Below, one piece after another: positions 29,492-38,670 of a DNA stretch of 64,000 nucleotides. The DNA lies in NCBI GenBank assembly GCA_002009975.1, contig MTLP01000042.1:224001-288000 (forward strand). The letters are read 5' to 3'. The position numbers were made by a program, and so were the translations under genes. Position 1 is the first letter of the stretch; every line of letters starts with the position of its first letter. Source of the stretch: Thermococcus sp. JdFR-02. GTDB taxonomy: Archaea; Methanobacteriota_B; Thermococci; Thermococcales; Thermococcaceae. The notes under the pieces were generated by a model. That model was not told where the DNA came from. It saw only the letters and a list, made by a program, of their open reading frames with translations, and did no database searches.

Positions 29492-30516
29492 ATTGCTCTC
29501 TCCATCTCAGGCTTTAAAATCTCCAATATCTTCTTTTTAACTTCTTCAACTCCAATACCATCTTTTGCAACTATCCTAATTGGATCTACTCCCATTGATT
29601 TTAGGAACTCCTCAACTGCTTTTATTCTCTCTTCATCAGCAACATCAACCTTATTTAACACAACAATGAAAGGAAACTCATTAAATTCCTCATAGATTTC
29701 CCTGAAAAGATGCATTTGAGCTTCTATTGGAAATCCACAGTATTCCGAAGGGTCAAAAATGTAAACTATAATCTTCCCTAAATGCTTTAAAGCAAGAATC
29801 GCTTGCCTCTCTATTTCGTTCCTTTCACTCAATGGTCTATCTAAAAGTCCGGGAGTGTCAATTACTTGGTACCTAAGCCAATGCTCTTCAAACTGCCCAA
29901 CGTTAATTCCCTTAGTTGTGAAAGGATAGCTCGCTATCTCTGGCTTTGCATTTGTGAGCCGTCTCAAAAGGGTTGATTTCCCAACATTTGGATGTCCAGC
30001 AATAACAATAGTAGGTGAATTTAAGTCCACAACTGGTAAATCCTTTAAAACATCCCTTGCTTTGTTTAGATACTCCAAATTGTCTTTTATGTCTTTTATA
30101 ATGCTTGCAACTCTTCCATAGAACTGTCTTCTAAGCTGGGCAATCTCCCTTGGATCCTTACTATAGCGAATTTTCTCTACATATCTATCTTCAAGCATTT
30201 TTATCGTTTTTATTGCCCAGTTTATTGAAGCTAAAGCCTTGTGAAACATTTTTCTATCAACTAAGATATCCAAAAGTTCCTGATAAAAAGGAGGTAATGT
30301 GCTAACTCCAGGTGTCCTATCCAAGACTTTTCTTAAATTATCTCGCAAAGTTTGAGAAACTGTTCTTATTCTAACCTCCTCTCTTTGTCTCGCTTTTCTT
30401 ATTTTACTTCCATATGGGGTGACAGCATCAGCAGCTTTCTCTGCTCTTCTAAAAGCTTTATCTATTAACTCATCAGCTAAAAGGATTGTAGGCATTTTTT
30501 CAAAGGGATTCTTCAT
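29464..30516 (-). CDS. NOG1 family GTPase
   Basis: GHPNVGKST, YPFTT, DTPGLLDRP, NKVD. Confidence 0.93.
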   Translation of the reverse strand: MKNPFEKMPTILLADELIDKAFRRAEKAADAVTPYGSKIRKARQREEVRIRTVSQTLRDNLRKVLDRTPGVSTLPPFYQELLDILVDRKMFHKALASINWAIKTIKMLEDRYVEKIRYSKDPREIAQLRRQFYGRVASIIKDIKDNLEYLNKARDVLKDLPVVDLNSPTIVIAGHPNVGKSTLLRRLTNAKPEIASYPFTTKGINVGQFEEHWLRYQVIDTPGLLDRPLSERNEIERQAILALKHLGKIIVYIFDPSEYCGFPIEAQMHLFREIYEEFNEFPFIVVLNKVDVADEERIKAVEEFLKSMGVDPIRIVAKDGIGVEEVKKKILEILKPEMERAIYSSESSPQ

Positions 30517-30590
30517 CTCACTCACCTCTTACTCGTCTCGCTTTTCTTAGGTTTTGCATGTGGGTTTTTAAAACTTTGGAATTATCAGTC

Positions 30591-30854
30591 CTATAATTTA
30601 AGCTCCTCTCCCAGACCTCTTTTTTTCCAGATTATTTTCCCATCCTTTCTTACAACAGCTAAAATTCTGTGATAAGGTATTTGTGCATCTTCGATAAAGA
30701 AGTAGCCATGTCCAAGCTCAATGAATTTAACTGGAATCTTCTTAACATCTCCATAAGCCCCTCTATGCTCAATCACAACGTAATAATCTTCCTCCTTTTC
30801 TCTCGGATCGTATTTTAATTTTGCCAGAACTTCTTTAACAAAGCCTTTTCTCAT
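30591..30854 (-). CDS. DUF504 / MJ1316-type protein
   Basis: KYDPRE, EHRGA, IPYHRI. Confidence 0.85.
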   Translation of the reverse strand: MRKGFVKEVLAKLKYDPREKEEDYYVVIEHRGAYGDVKKIPVKFIELGHGYFFIEDAQIPYHRILAVVRKDGKIIWKKRGLGEELKL

Positions 30855-30863
30855 GAAAGCACC

Positions 30864-31556
30864 TCATATGTATCTCTCTATAAGTCTTTTGATTATCTCC
30901 ATATTTTCCTTCCAGTTCTGTATCATTTTGCCGTGTCCAGGTAAGCCTATATAAACCTGAAATTCTCTTAAACGCTCTATGGATTTTATCAAATCTTCAA
31001 AGTTCCCAGTGGGCATGTCAGTTCTGCCAACCGTGTGATAAAAAACAGTATCTCCCGTAAATAAGAGCATTTCGTTTGGCTCATAAAGGCATATACTCCC
31101 ACTTGTATGTCCTGGAGTATGGATAACCTCAAGCTCAAGAGAGCCTATCCTTAAGTAATCACCATCTTTAAGCTTTATATCAACCTTATGAGGTTTGTAG
31201 TGCCTTCCGTAGTAGTATGATAAGATTGTATGGTCATCCCCTTTTTCCAGGCTTTTTGAGGTTTTTTCATGAGAGGCAAAGAAGACTTTAATTCCCAAAC
31301 CTTCAAGATACTCCTTCCAGAGCCAGTTTCCACCAATGTGATCAAAATGTTCATGGGTATTTAAGATAATGGCCCTGCTAACCTCAGAAAGATACATTTC
31401 TCTCTCTACAACAGCTTTATAGGAATTAAAAAAGCTTCCAGTTCCAGTGTCTACTAATAATACTTCATTCTCATCCCTAACCAGATATATGTTTGAATCT
31501 AAACTTATCCCCTTAAACATGACAGTGTTTGGTGGAATTTCTATTGGTATTATCAT
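30864..31556 (-). CDS. MBL-fold metallo-hydrolase
   Basis: THEHFDH, HTPGHT, GD, PGHG. Confidence 0.9.
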   Translation of the reverse strand: MIIPIEIPPNTVMFKGISLDSNIYLVRDENEVLLVDTGTGSFFNSYKAVVEREMYLSEVSRAIILNTHEHFDHIGGNWLWKEYLEGLGIKVFFASHEKTSKSLEKGDDHTILSYYYGRHYKPHKVDIKLKDGDYLRIGSLELEVIHTPGHTSGSICLYEPNEMLLFTGDTVFYHTVGRTDMPTGNFEDLIKSIERLREFQVYIGLPGHGKMIQNWKENMEIIKRLIERYI

Positions 31557-31577
31557 ATAAATCCTCCTCACTCTTGA

Positions 31578-31637
31578 TGGGCTCCCTTGGGGACCGCCTC
31601 ATCATAAATCAGGAGGGATGAATAACGTCATCGCCCA
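31578..31637 (-). ncRNA. probable box C/D guide sRNA
   Basis: Minus strand TGGGCGATGA-guide-CTGA-TTT-ATGATGA-guide-GGGA-GCCCA; terminal stem TGGGC/GCCCA; D box degenerate. Confidence 0.7.
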
Positions 31638-31727
31638 ATAAATGTTTAAAGTTTGAAGTTAAAAAGGTTATAGGCATCCTTAGGGAAGTTTATAAGCTGA
31701 AAATTCAAACTGATTATAGGTGAGATT

Positions 31728-32783
31728 ATGAAGGCTGAACGCGCTAAAGAGCTTTTGGTTAATCTCTTAAAAATTCCCTCTCCTTCAGGAAAAGAAGATA
31801 GGTTAGCCTTGTATATCATGGAGTTTCTCCACAAACTTGATTATGACATAGCCATTGAAAGCGATGGCGAGATAATAGATTTAGTCGTCAATCCAGATGC
31901 TGATTTTTTCATTGAAGTTCATATGGACACGATACCCATTAGAATGAAGCCCGAAGTAAGAGGAAACATAGTCTACGGTACTGGAGCAAGTGATGTGAAA
32001 GGAGGATTAGCAAGTGTTCTTTTAATGTTAGAAGACCTAAAGAACCACAATAAAGATTTAAACGTGGGTATAGTTTTTGTGAGTGATGAGGAAAAGGGAG
32101 GAAAAGGTTCTGCTCTATTTATGGAGCGTTACAGACCAGAGATGGCAATAGTAGTTGAGCCAACCGACTTAGAAGTGCACGTAGCTCATGCTGGCAATAT
32201 CGAAACTTATTTTGAAGTTGATGGAAAGGAGGCCCATGGTGCTTGCCCAGAGAGTGGAGAAAACGCTATAGATATCACTTATAAGATGCTTGAAGAGTTA
32301 AAAAGCTTAGAAGTGTTTAAGCAAAAGGGAAAATACTTCAACGCCCATATAGGACTGCAAGAGCTAATTTGTGAAAACCCTTATTATTTAATTCCAGCAT
32401 TATGTAAAGGTCGTCTGGAGGCAAGGCTTTTACCAGATCAAGATGTCGAAGATGTTTTGGAACTAATAGAACCTATTTTAGAAGAGTACACATTAAAGTA
32501 CGAACACACGGAAATTTGGGATGGCTACGAGCTAAGTGAAGACGAAGAAATTGTTCAAATTGCAAAACAAGCAATGCAAAAAGTTGGCTTAGAGGATTTT
32601 GGAGGAATGAGAAGCTGGACTGACGCCATCAACTTCATGTACAATGGAACAAAAACAATCGTTTTTGGACCCGGAAATTTAGATATAGCACATACAATAA
32701 ACGAATACATTGACGTTAGAGACATCGTAAGCGCGAGCGAATTTTTAAGGGAAATAAACGAAATTGTCGGGAAGGGAGCTTAG
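31728..32783 (+). CDS. M20 family metallohydrolase (ArgE/DapE-like)
   Basis: HMDT, GTGASDVKG, DEE, EPT, GPG..AH. Confidence 0.88.
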   Translation: MKAERAKELLVNLLKIPSPSGKEDRLALYIMEFLHKLDYDIAIESDGEIIDLVVNPDADFFIEVHMDTIPIRMKPEVRGNIVYGTGASDVKGGLASVLLMLEDLKNHNKDLNVGIVFVSDEEKGGKGSALFMERYRPEMAIVVEPTDLEVHVAHAGNIETYFEVDGKEAHGACPESGENAIDITYKMLEELKSLEVFKQKGKYFNAHIGLQELICENPYYLIPALCKGRLEARLLPDQDVEDVLELIEPILEEYTLKYEHTEIWDGYELSEDEEIVQIAKQAMQKVGLEDFGGMRSWTDAINFMYNGTKTIVFGPGNLDIAHTINEYIDVRDIVSASEFLREINEIVGKGA

Positions 32784-32874
32784 CAGTTTTGATTTTTGAG
32801 AGGGAGAGTTGAAATTCCTCCTAAAATTGACATCTATGCCTGTACCGCCGGAAAGTTGCAGGGAAAAACTTAAA

Positions 32875-32908
32875 TACTAATCCTGATTAGTACTAACCAT
32901 GATTAGGA
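32875..32908 (+). promoter_or_regulatory. tandem palindromic operator over a leaderless start
   Basis: TACTAATC-CT-GATTAGTA perfect palindrome plus a second copy TACTAACCATGATTAGGA spanning the ATG. Confidence 0.6.
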
Positions 32909-34281
32909 AATTCGTTAATCGAAGACATGAGATGGAGATCCTTGAGCGCGAGTGGGGGAACACCCCTTCCTTTGTTGTCCTTTATGGAAGAAGAAGGGTT
33001 GGAAAGACAAGACTTTTAATTGAGTTTTCCAGGAGAAAAAAGGTGTTTTTTCACACTTTCATGGAGGGAACAAAGGAAAACCAGATAAAGTCCCTGAGAG
33101 AAGAGCTTGCTCGATTCTTCAGTGATGACATTTTTCTCAGCTTTAACGAGTGGTATCCACTTCTCAAGTACTTAGCATCAAAGATTAATGAAAAAACACT
33201 GATAGTTCTTGACGAGTTCACTCATGTCATCAAAAGTGATAAAACCGTGTTGAGCGCTCTTCAGAGGACATGGGATCACGAACTCGGAAAGAAGGAAGTA
33301 ATGCTGGTTATTTCAGGTTCCCTCATTGGAATGATGATTGATGAGGTTTTGAGTTACTCCTCGCCGCTCTACGGGAGAAGGACTGCAGGTTTTATGCTCC
33401 GTCCTCTGAGTTTTTTTGATGCTATGGAGTTCTTCGATGACTTTATCTATTCAATTAAGAGCTACATGCTGATCGGAGGGATTCCCGCTTATCTTTCCAT
33501 AGCCTCCAGATACAGAAAATTGGAAGAATTCGTAAAAAGTGAGTTCCTTTCTCCGGAGGGTTTCTTTTATGATGAGCCGTATATAGTTCTCTCCCAAGAG
33601 CTGAGAGAGTTAAAGTTTTACTTCTCAATGCTTTCCGCCATAGCAAGCGGAAGGACTCGCCCCTCAGAAATAGCAAGCTATGTTGGAGTTGAGGGAAGGA
33701 GGATTTATCCCTATCTTGAAACTCTTATAAGGCTCGGTTTCGTTGAGAGAGAATTTCCTGTGGGAAGGAGAGAGAAAAGGGGAATTTACCGCATCAAAGA
33801 TCCAATGCTCCTGACATGGTTTTCACTGGTTTATCCAAATCGAACGGAGATAGAACTCGGAACACTAAGCATTGAAGATGTTAAAGAAATTCTCCAGAGA
33901 ATTTTCTCCATAAGATTTGAAGATCTTGCAAAGGAGTTCATTCTAAAGCTAAACAAAAAAGGAATGCTGCCCTTCAGGTTTACAAAAGTTGGAAGGTGGT
34001 GGCACAAGAGAGAAGAAATCGATTTGATTGCTTTAAACGAACGGGAGAAGAAAGCACTCTTCGTTGAGGTCAAGTGGAAGGAGATATGTGAAAAGGAAAT
34101 AAAGAGAGTTCTCAAGGATTTGAAGAGAAAGGCTGAACTTCTTAGGCTTAAAGACTGGGAGAATGCTTACGGAGTGATTGCTAAGGAGGCTAAAGGAAAG
34201 GAGAATCTGAGGGGAAAGGGTTTTTTGATATGGGATTTAGAAGATTTCAAAAAGGTTATTGGAGAAGAAACCCAAAATTAG
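32899..34281 (+). CDS. archaeal ATPase (P-loop, wHTH, DUF234 nuclease-like)
   Basis: FVNR..E, YGRRRVGKT, LDEF, SPLYGRRT, GGIPAY, GRWW..EEID..EVKW. Confidence 0.9.
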   Translation: MIRKFVNRRHEMEILEREWGNTPSFVVLYGRRRVGKTRLLIEFSRRKKVFFHTFMEGTKENQIKSLREELARFFSDDIFLSFNEWYPLLKYLASKINEKTLIVLDEFTHVIKSDKTVLSALQRTWDHELGKKEVMLVISGSLIGMMIDEVLSYSSPLYGRRTAGFMLRPLSFFDAMEFFDDFIYSIKSYMLIGGIPAYLSIASRYRKLEEFVKSEFLSPEGFFYDEPYIVLSQELRELKFYFSMLSAIASGRTRPSEIASYVGVEGRRIYPYLETLIRLGFVEREFPVGRREKRGIYRIKDPMLLTWFSLVYPNRTEIELGTLSIEDVKEILQRIFSIRFEDLAKEFILKLNKKGMLPFRFTKVGRWWHKREEIDLIALNEREKKALFVEVKWKEICEKEIKRVLKDLKRKAELLRLKDWENAYGVIAKEAKGKENLRGKGFLIWDLEDFKKVIGEETQN

Positions 34282-37052
34282 TCCTTCACACTCTGTTTTT
34301 CTTTTCTATCCATCCAAAATCTTCTCGTTCTTATAAAAGTCCGCTCAGCTTCAAGTAGAGCGACCAATAAAGCCTCGCCTCTATATTGGCTCAAAATCCT
34401 TGAAGCAGTGTCAGGACCAACTCCATAAGCACTTAAAGCTAAAATTGCATCCCAGCCATAGCTTTGAACCAAGTCCGAGGCTTTTATTAATTTGCGATAA
34501 GCCTTTTCCTCTTCCTTATCAAGCTTTTCTCCTCTACTGAGCTTTTTAACAGCCTTTACAAAGGCTTCAGCATCAATTGGATGGGCAACGGTTAACATTA
34601 TCGATGAACATTTCGGACATTTCCATTCATCCAAGCGAGATTTTAAGCGAGAAACTCTCGTTAGACTTTTCCATCCACAATGAGTACAAATCAATACAAC
34701 TTCAGTTTCAAGCAGTCTAGTTTTGAACAGCTCCAAAATCTCATCCTTTTCCAGTTCACCGCCAACTAAAAACTCTCCTCCAACGCTTAAGTTCAGCTGT
34801 GCCAAGGGTGAAGCTTCACTCTTCAAAACACTCTTAATTCTAACAAAACCCTTTTTAATTTCCCCTAAAACCTCTCTTGCCCTGTCTACATCAAGTTTAT
34901 CATGGAAAAGCTCATTTAAAGTTTCTTTTTCAATGATCGTTTCTTCAAAAAGTCTTTCAACTCTCCTAATCTTCGCCTCTCTTCTCAGAGCACCAATTCT
35001 TTTAGCAACATTTAGCATTCTCCACCTATAAATCGTGCTTCCCCTTATTGCTCTGGAGATTATAAATGATAATGTCTCCCCATCTTGGAAGAAGTATTGA
35101 GCTATCTCCCTAGGATTTAGCTGGAAGGGTGTTTTAAAGACAATTGCATGAGCTTGAGCCCTCATTGTGAAAACTTTTCCATATTTAGAGCTTAAAAATG
35201 CCCAGAGAAATCTTCCAATGGCTTCATTTGTTTGGTTTCCAAAATCTGCATGAATAACTAAAGCTTTTGGTAGAGATTCTATACCAACATCTCTATCAGT
35301 GCTTAAAGGCTCTTGCTTTTCCAAAATTTCTTTTGTCAGCTTTAACTCTCCCTCCCTGAAATCAACATTTCTTAAAAAGTCTTTAGCTTTTGTAAAGTCA
35401 AATAAAAGCTCTCTCTTTAACCTACCAACGTCCAAAGCAACTTCAAAAGGAACTGGAATCATCTCCCCTTCCCAAGAAGGAATTGCGCTTTCTAAGCTTT
35501 TACTTTCTCTTACTCTCAAAAGCCTAGCCTCTTCGTCAAGATTTAACAAAATCCAACTTCTTCCGTGCATTACAAACTCCATGCCATCCTCCAAGTCCAT
35601 TACGAAATTCTCATCTAAGCGACCGATAATCTTGCCACTCGAAACATCAAAAACCCTATAGCTTATTTCATCTGGAATTGTGGAGAGATTCTCATAATAA
35701 TACTGATAAGCTCCCCTTCTTAGATATAAAACGCCCTTCTCCTCATCAAAGCCAATTAACCTCGCTTGCTCTAGAAGATTCAAAACGCTTCCATAGTCTT
35801 CCCAGCTTAAATTTCTATAAACGTAAGAGCGCTTTGCAATTTGATAAGGCTCCTCCTTCCCTAAGTGTTTGTATTCAATTAGCAACCCAACAATGAAATG
35901 TGCTAAAACATCTAAAGCATTTTCATAAGGTTTTACTCTCTCTAGTTTTCCTTCAACTGCTCTTTTTGCTATTATTAGACTCTCAAGGTAATCCTCAACA
36001 TTTGTTGAAATTATGTAACCCTCGCTAACTTCTCCTAAGCGATGTTTTGACCTCCCAACCCTTTGAATTAGCCTATTTACTTGCCTCGGGCTCATGTATT
36101 GAATCACGACATCAACATCACCAATGTCTATTCCAAGCTCCATTGAAGAAGTACATATTAAAGCCTTGATCTTCCCTTCTTTCAAGGATTTTTCTGCTTG
36201 AATTCTTGCTTCCTTTGATAAGCTCCCATGATGAACTTCAACTGGCTTTCCCCAGGCTTTTAAGCGATGGGCTAAAATTTCAGCAAATTGCCTCGTGTTT
36301 GTAAAAACTAAAGCCCTTTCATGTCTTTCTATGATTTCCCAAACAATCCTCAAACGAGTTGCAACATCCAGTGGAATTTTAAGCTTTTGTGCTAATTTCA
36401 AATCCCTTTCATCAGCTTGAGGAAAAAGAACGTTGATTTTGTAATGCTTCTCTAAGGAAGGCTTAATTACAACATCAGCCTTAAGCCAGGCTTTGATTTC
36501 CTCCTCATTTCCAACTGTAGCTGAAAGTCCTATCCTCTGGAAATCAGATATTTCTGCTAATCTTTCCAAAGCCAAGCTAAGCTGAGCACCCCTTTTATTG
36601 TCCACCAACTCTACAATCTCATCAACAATTACGAATTTAATGTTTTGAAGATGTTTTCTCATCGATTTCATCGTCAAAATAACGCCAAGAGTTTCGGGGG
36701 TTATAATTAGAACATGAGGTGGCTTTTTTGTCTGTCTCGCTTTTGCATATTGAGAAGTATCTCCATGTCTAACTTCAAAATTCACATTAGTTCTTTCACC
36801 CCACCAGGCCAAGCGTTCAAGCAAATCTCTATTTAATGCTTTTAAAGGAGCAACATACAAAGCAGAGATTGGCTTTAAGTTTTTCTCAAGGATAGCATTT
36901 AGAACAGGTAAAATGGCAGCTTCAGTTTTTCCGCTTCCTGTTGGAGAGACAATTAAAACACTTTTCCCCAAACTAACCTCATGAAAAGCCCTAATTTGTA
37001 ATTCGTTAGGTTTAAAACGCTCTTTTATTGCATTCTTTAAAAGTTTGTGCAT
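34278..37052 (-). CDS. lhr: Lhr-like SF2 helicase
   Basis: PTGSGKT, RHGDT, TPETL, DEIVE, LSAT, HHGSLS, QRVGRS, C-terminal Zn finger. Confidence 0.9.
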   Translation of the reverse strand: MHKLLKNAIKERFKPNELQIRAFHEVSLGKSVLIVSPTGSGKTEAAILPVLNAILEKNLKPISALYVAPLKALNRDLLERLAWWGERTNVNFEVRHGDTSQYAKARQTKKPPHVLIITPETLGVILTMKSMRKHLQNIKFVIVDEIVELVDNKRGAQLSLALERLAEISDFQRIGLSATVGNEEEIKAWLKADVVIKPSLEKHYKINVLFPQADERDLKLAQKLKIPLDVATRLRIVWEIIERHERALVFTNTRQFAEILAHRLKAWGKPVEVHHGSLSKEARIQAEKSLKEGKIKALICTSSMELGIDIGDVDVVIQYMSPRQVNRLIQRVGRSKHRLGEVSEGYIISTNVEDYLESLIIAKRAVEGKLERVKPYENALDVLAHFIVGLLIEYKHLGKEEPYQIAKRSYVYRNLSWEDYGSVLNLLEQARLIGFDEEKGVLYLRRGAYQYYYENLSTIPDEISYRVFDVSSGKIIGRLDENFVMDLEDGMEFVMHGRSWILLNLDEEARLLRVRESKSLESAIPSWEGEMIPVPFEVALDVGRLKRELLFDFTKAKDFLRNVDFREGELKLTKEILEKQEPLSTDRDVGIESLPKALVIHADFGNQTNEAIGRFLWAFLSSKYGKVFTMRAQAHAIVFKTPFQLNPREIAQYFFQDGETLSFIISRAIRGSTIYRWRMLNVAKRIGALRREAKIRRVERLFEETIIEKETLNELFHDKLDVDRAREVLGEIKKGFVRIKSVLKSEASPLAQLNLSVGGEFLVGGELEKDEILELFKTRLLETEVVLICTHCGWKSLTRVSRLKSRLDEWKCPKCSSIMLTVAHPIDAEAFVKAVKKLSRGEKLDKEEEKAYRKLIKASDLVQSYGWDAILALSAYGVGPDTASRILSQYRGEALLVALLEAERTFIRTRRFWMDRKEKQSVKD

Positions 37053-37094
37053 GTTGAGAACTCTCTATAAATTAAATTTAAACTTAACCAAAAG

Positions 37095-37280
37095 CTATAC
37101 CTTAAACACCTTAGCCTTCGCAACGTCCTTCAAAACTGGAACATAGGAAATTCCCTAGTTTTATTCCTTGTCGTTTGTATCGTAAATGTTAAGCTCAATG
37201 CCTTTCTTTCGGAGTTTTTAATGCCTAATCTCCTCCCCACCCTTCAGAGCAAGGAGGAGGTCAGAGTTTTTGATACCTCA
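37095..37280 (-). pseudogene. decayed copy of the 3' end of the ChlI/D chelatase gene
   Basis: Reads (EVSKT)[15 protein letters not shown]...GISYVPVLKDVAKAKVFKV* versus intact [20 protein letters not shown]...[19 protein letters not shown]. Confidence 0.85.
37215..37264 (+). mobile_element. 50-bp non-autonomous IS remnant (IS607/IS200-IS605-like right end)
   Basis: Hairpin CTCCTCC...GGAGGAG ending GGAGGAGGTCAG; AG at both junctions; removing it restores the remnant's reading frame. Confidence 0.6.
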
Positions 37281-37283
37281 CTC

Positions 37284-37357
37284 TACCGTTAACTACTGTA
37301 AACCTCAGAAAGTTAACGCTACCGTAAAGTTTTTATGGTTAACGGTACTTAACGGTA
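37284..37357 (+). promoter_or_regulatory. array of six 10-bp motifs (TACCGTTAAC) around the TATA box
   Basis: Forward copies at 37284, 37294, 37320; reverse at 37312, 37338, 37348; TTTTTAT at 37330; ATG at 37361. Confidence 0.7.
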
Positions 37358-37360
37358 AAT

Positions 37361-38653
37361 ATGGACGTGAATGAGCTCATAACGCTGATAAAAGAGGGTG
37401 AGAATGAGCGGATAGAGTTCAAAGCTAAGGCTACAAAAGACATTGCCAAAGAGATATGTGCCTTGGCTAACGCCAACGGCGGCTACATACTGGTTGGAGT
37501 TAACAACGAAGGAAAAATTGTTGGCTGCAATCCTAAAACAGTCCTTGAGGTTATCTCATCCTCAATTCAGGCAATAACTCCTCCAGTAAAAATTGAAACC
37601 AATACGGTTGTAATTGGAGATAAGAAGGTTCTTGTTGTAGAAGTTCCCAAATCGAAGACGCTCTGCTCAATCGGTGGCGTGGCATACATAAGGATAGGCT
37701 CTGGCATAAGGCCTCTCTCAATTCAGGAAATTCTCATGCTTTCCTCAGAGCTCGGTGTTCTAACGTGGGATGAGTTCCCAGCTGTGGAATTAGAAGAAAT
37801 AGAGGATGAATACGTTAAGTGGTTCTTCTCGGCTATGGAAAAAGCCAGAGGACGAAAAATAGACCGAAAAGATTGGCTCATATATTTGAGAAGTGCAAAG
37901 GCAATTAAAGGAAATAAGCTTACAAATGCGGGGGTTCTATTCTTTACAGATGCTCAAGAGTTCATATCTCACAGCAGATGCAGGATTGTAAAGATTGTAA
38001 ACGATGAACCAGTCTGGAGCAGGGAGTTCATTGGACCGGTATGGAAAATCATAGATGAAGTTTTTGCCGAGCTCATGAGCCAGTTTAAAACTTTAGAAGT
38101 CATTTTGGGAGCCAAGAGAGTCAAACTTCCAGAGTATCCACCAAGGGCAGTGAGAGAGGCGTTAATAAACGCATTTGCCCACAGGAATTATGCCATTCCG
38201 TCCGACATAAGGGTGTTCATATATTCCGACAAGCTTGTGATTCGGAACCCAGGTGGTTTAATGCCTGGCGTTGATTTGAGCGACCCGGAGCACGTGCCGA
38301 GAAATCCCAATCTATGCCAGCTGTTTTATGATTCTGGCTACATAGAGAAGTACGGCTATGGAATAAGGATGATAAGGGAAGAGTGCAAAAGGCATGGGCT
38401 TGTTAGTGTAGAGTTTAAAGTCTCGCCAAACAGGTTTGAGGTTGTGTTCAAGAAGCGCGCCGAGGAGCTTTTGGATGATGTTGATAAAAAAATACTCGAA
38501 CTTCTAATGACTCCCAAAAGAAGTGGAGAAATAGCTGAAGTGATTGGTCTTTCAAAGCCCGCTGTACTGGAGAGGCTGAAGAAGCTTGAGAGTCTAGGGC
38601 TTATCAGAAAAGTTGGAAGAGGAGCGCATGTAAAGTACATCACCAAAGCTTAA
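37361..38653 (+). CDS. Schlafen/AlbA_2 + HATPase_c_4-like + HTH protein
   Basis: GENERIEFK, ICALAN.NGG.ILVGV, REALINAFAHRNY, RNP, EKYGYGI, C-terminal wHTH. Confidence 0.85.
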   Translation: MDVNELITLIKEGENERIEFKAKATKDIAKEICALANANGGYILVGVNNEGKIVGCNPKTVLEVISSSIQAITPPVKIETNTVVIGDKKVLVVEVPKSKTLCSIGGVAYIRIGSGIRPLSIQEILMLSSELGVLTWDEFPAVELEEIEDEYVKWFFSAMEKARGRKIDRKDWLIYLRSAKAIKGNKLTNAGVLFFTDAQEFISHSRCRIVKIVNDEPVWSREFIGPVWKIIDEVFAELMSQFKTLEVILGAKRVKLPEYPPRAVREALINAFAHRNYAIPSDIRVFIYSDKLVIRNPGGLMPGVDLSDPEHVPRNPNLCQLFYDSGYIEKYGYGIRMIREECKRHGLVSVEFKVSPNRFEVVFKKRAEELLDDVDKKILELLMTPKRSGEIAEVIGLSKPAVLERLKKLESLGLIRKVGRGAHVKYITKA

Positions 38654-38670
38654 GCAGAACAATTCAAGTT

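Noticed and set aside
32784-32865. Possible gene relic (EIPPKIDIYACTAG)
   Set aside because: Too short to assign.
34278-37052. Intein or inactive helicase (DEIVE in motif II)
   Set aside because: Length is normal, no intein termini seen, and the catalytic DE pair is intact.
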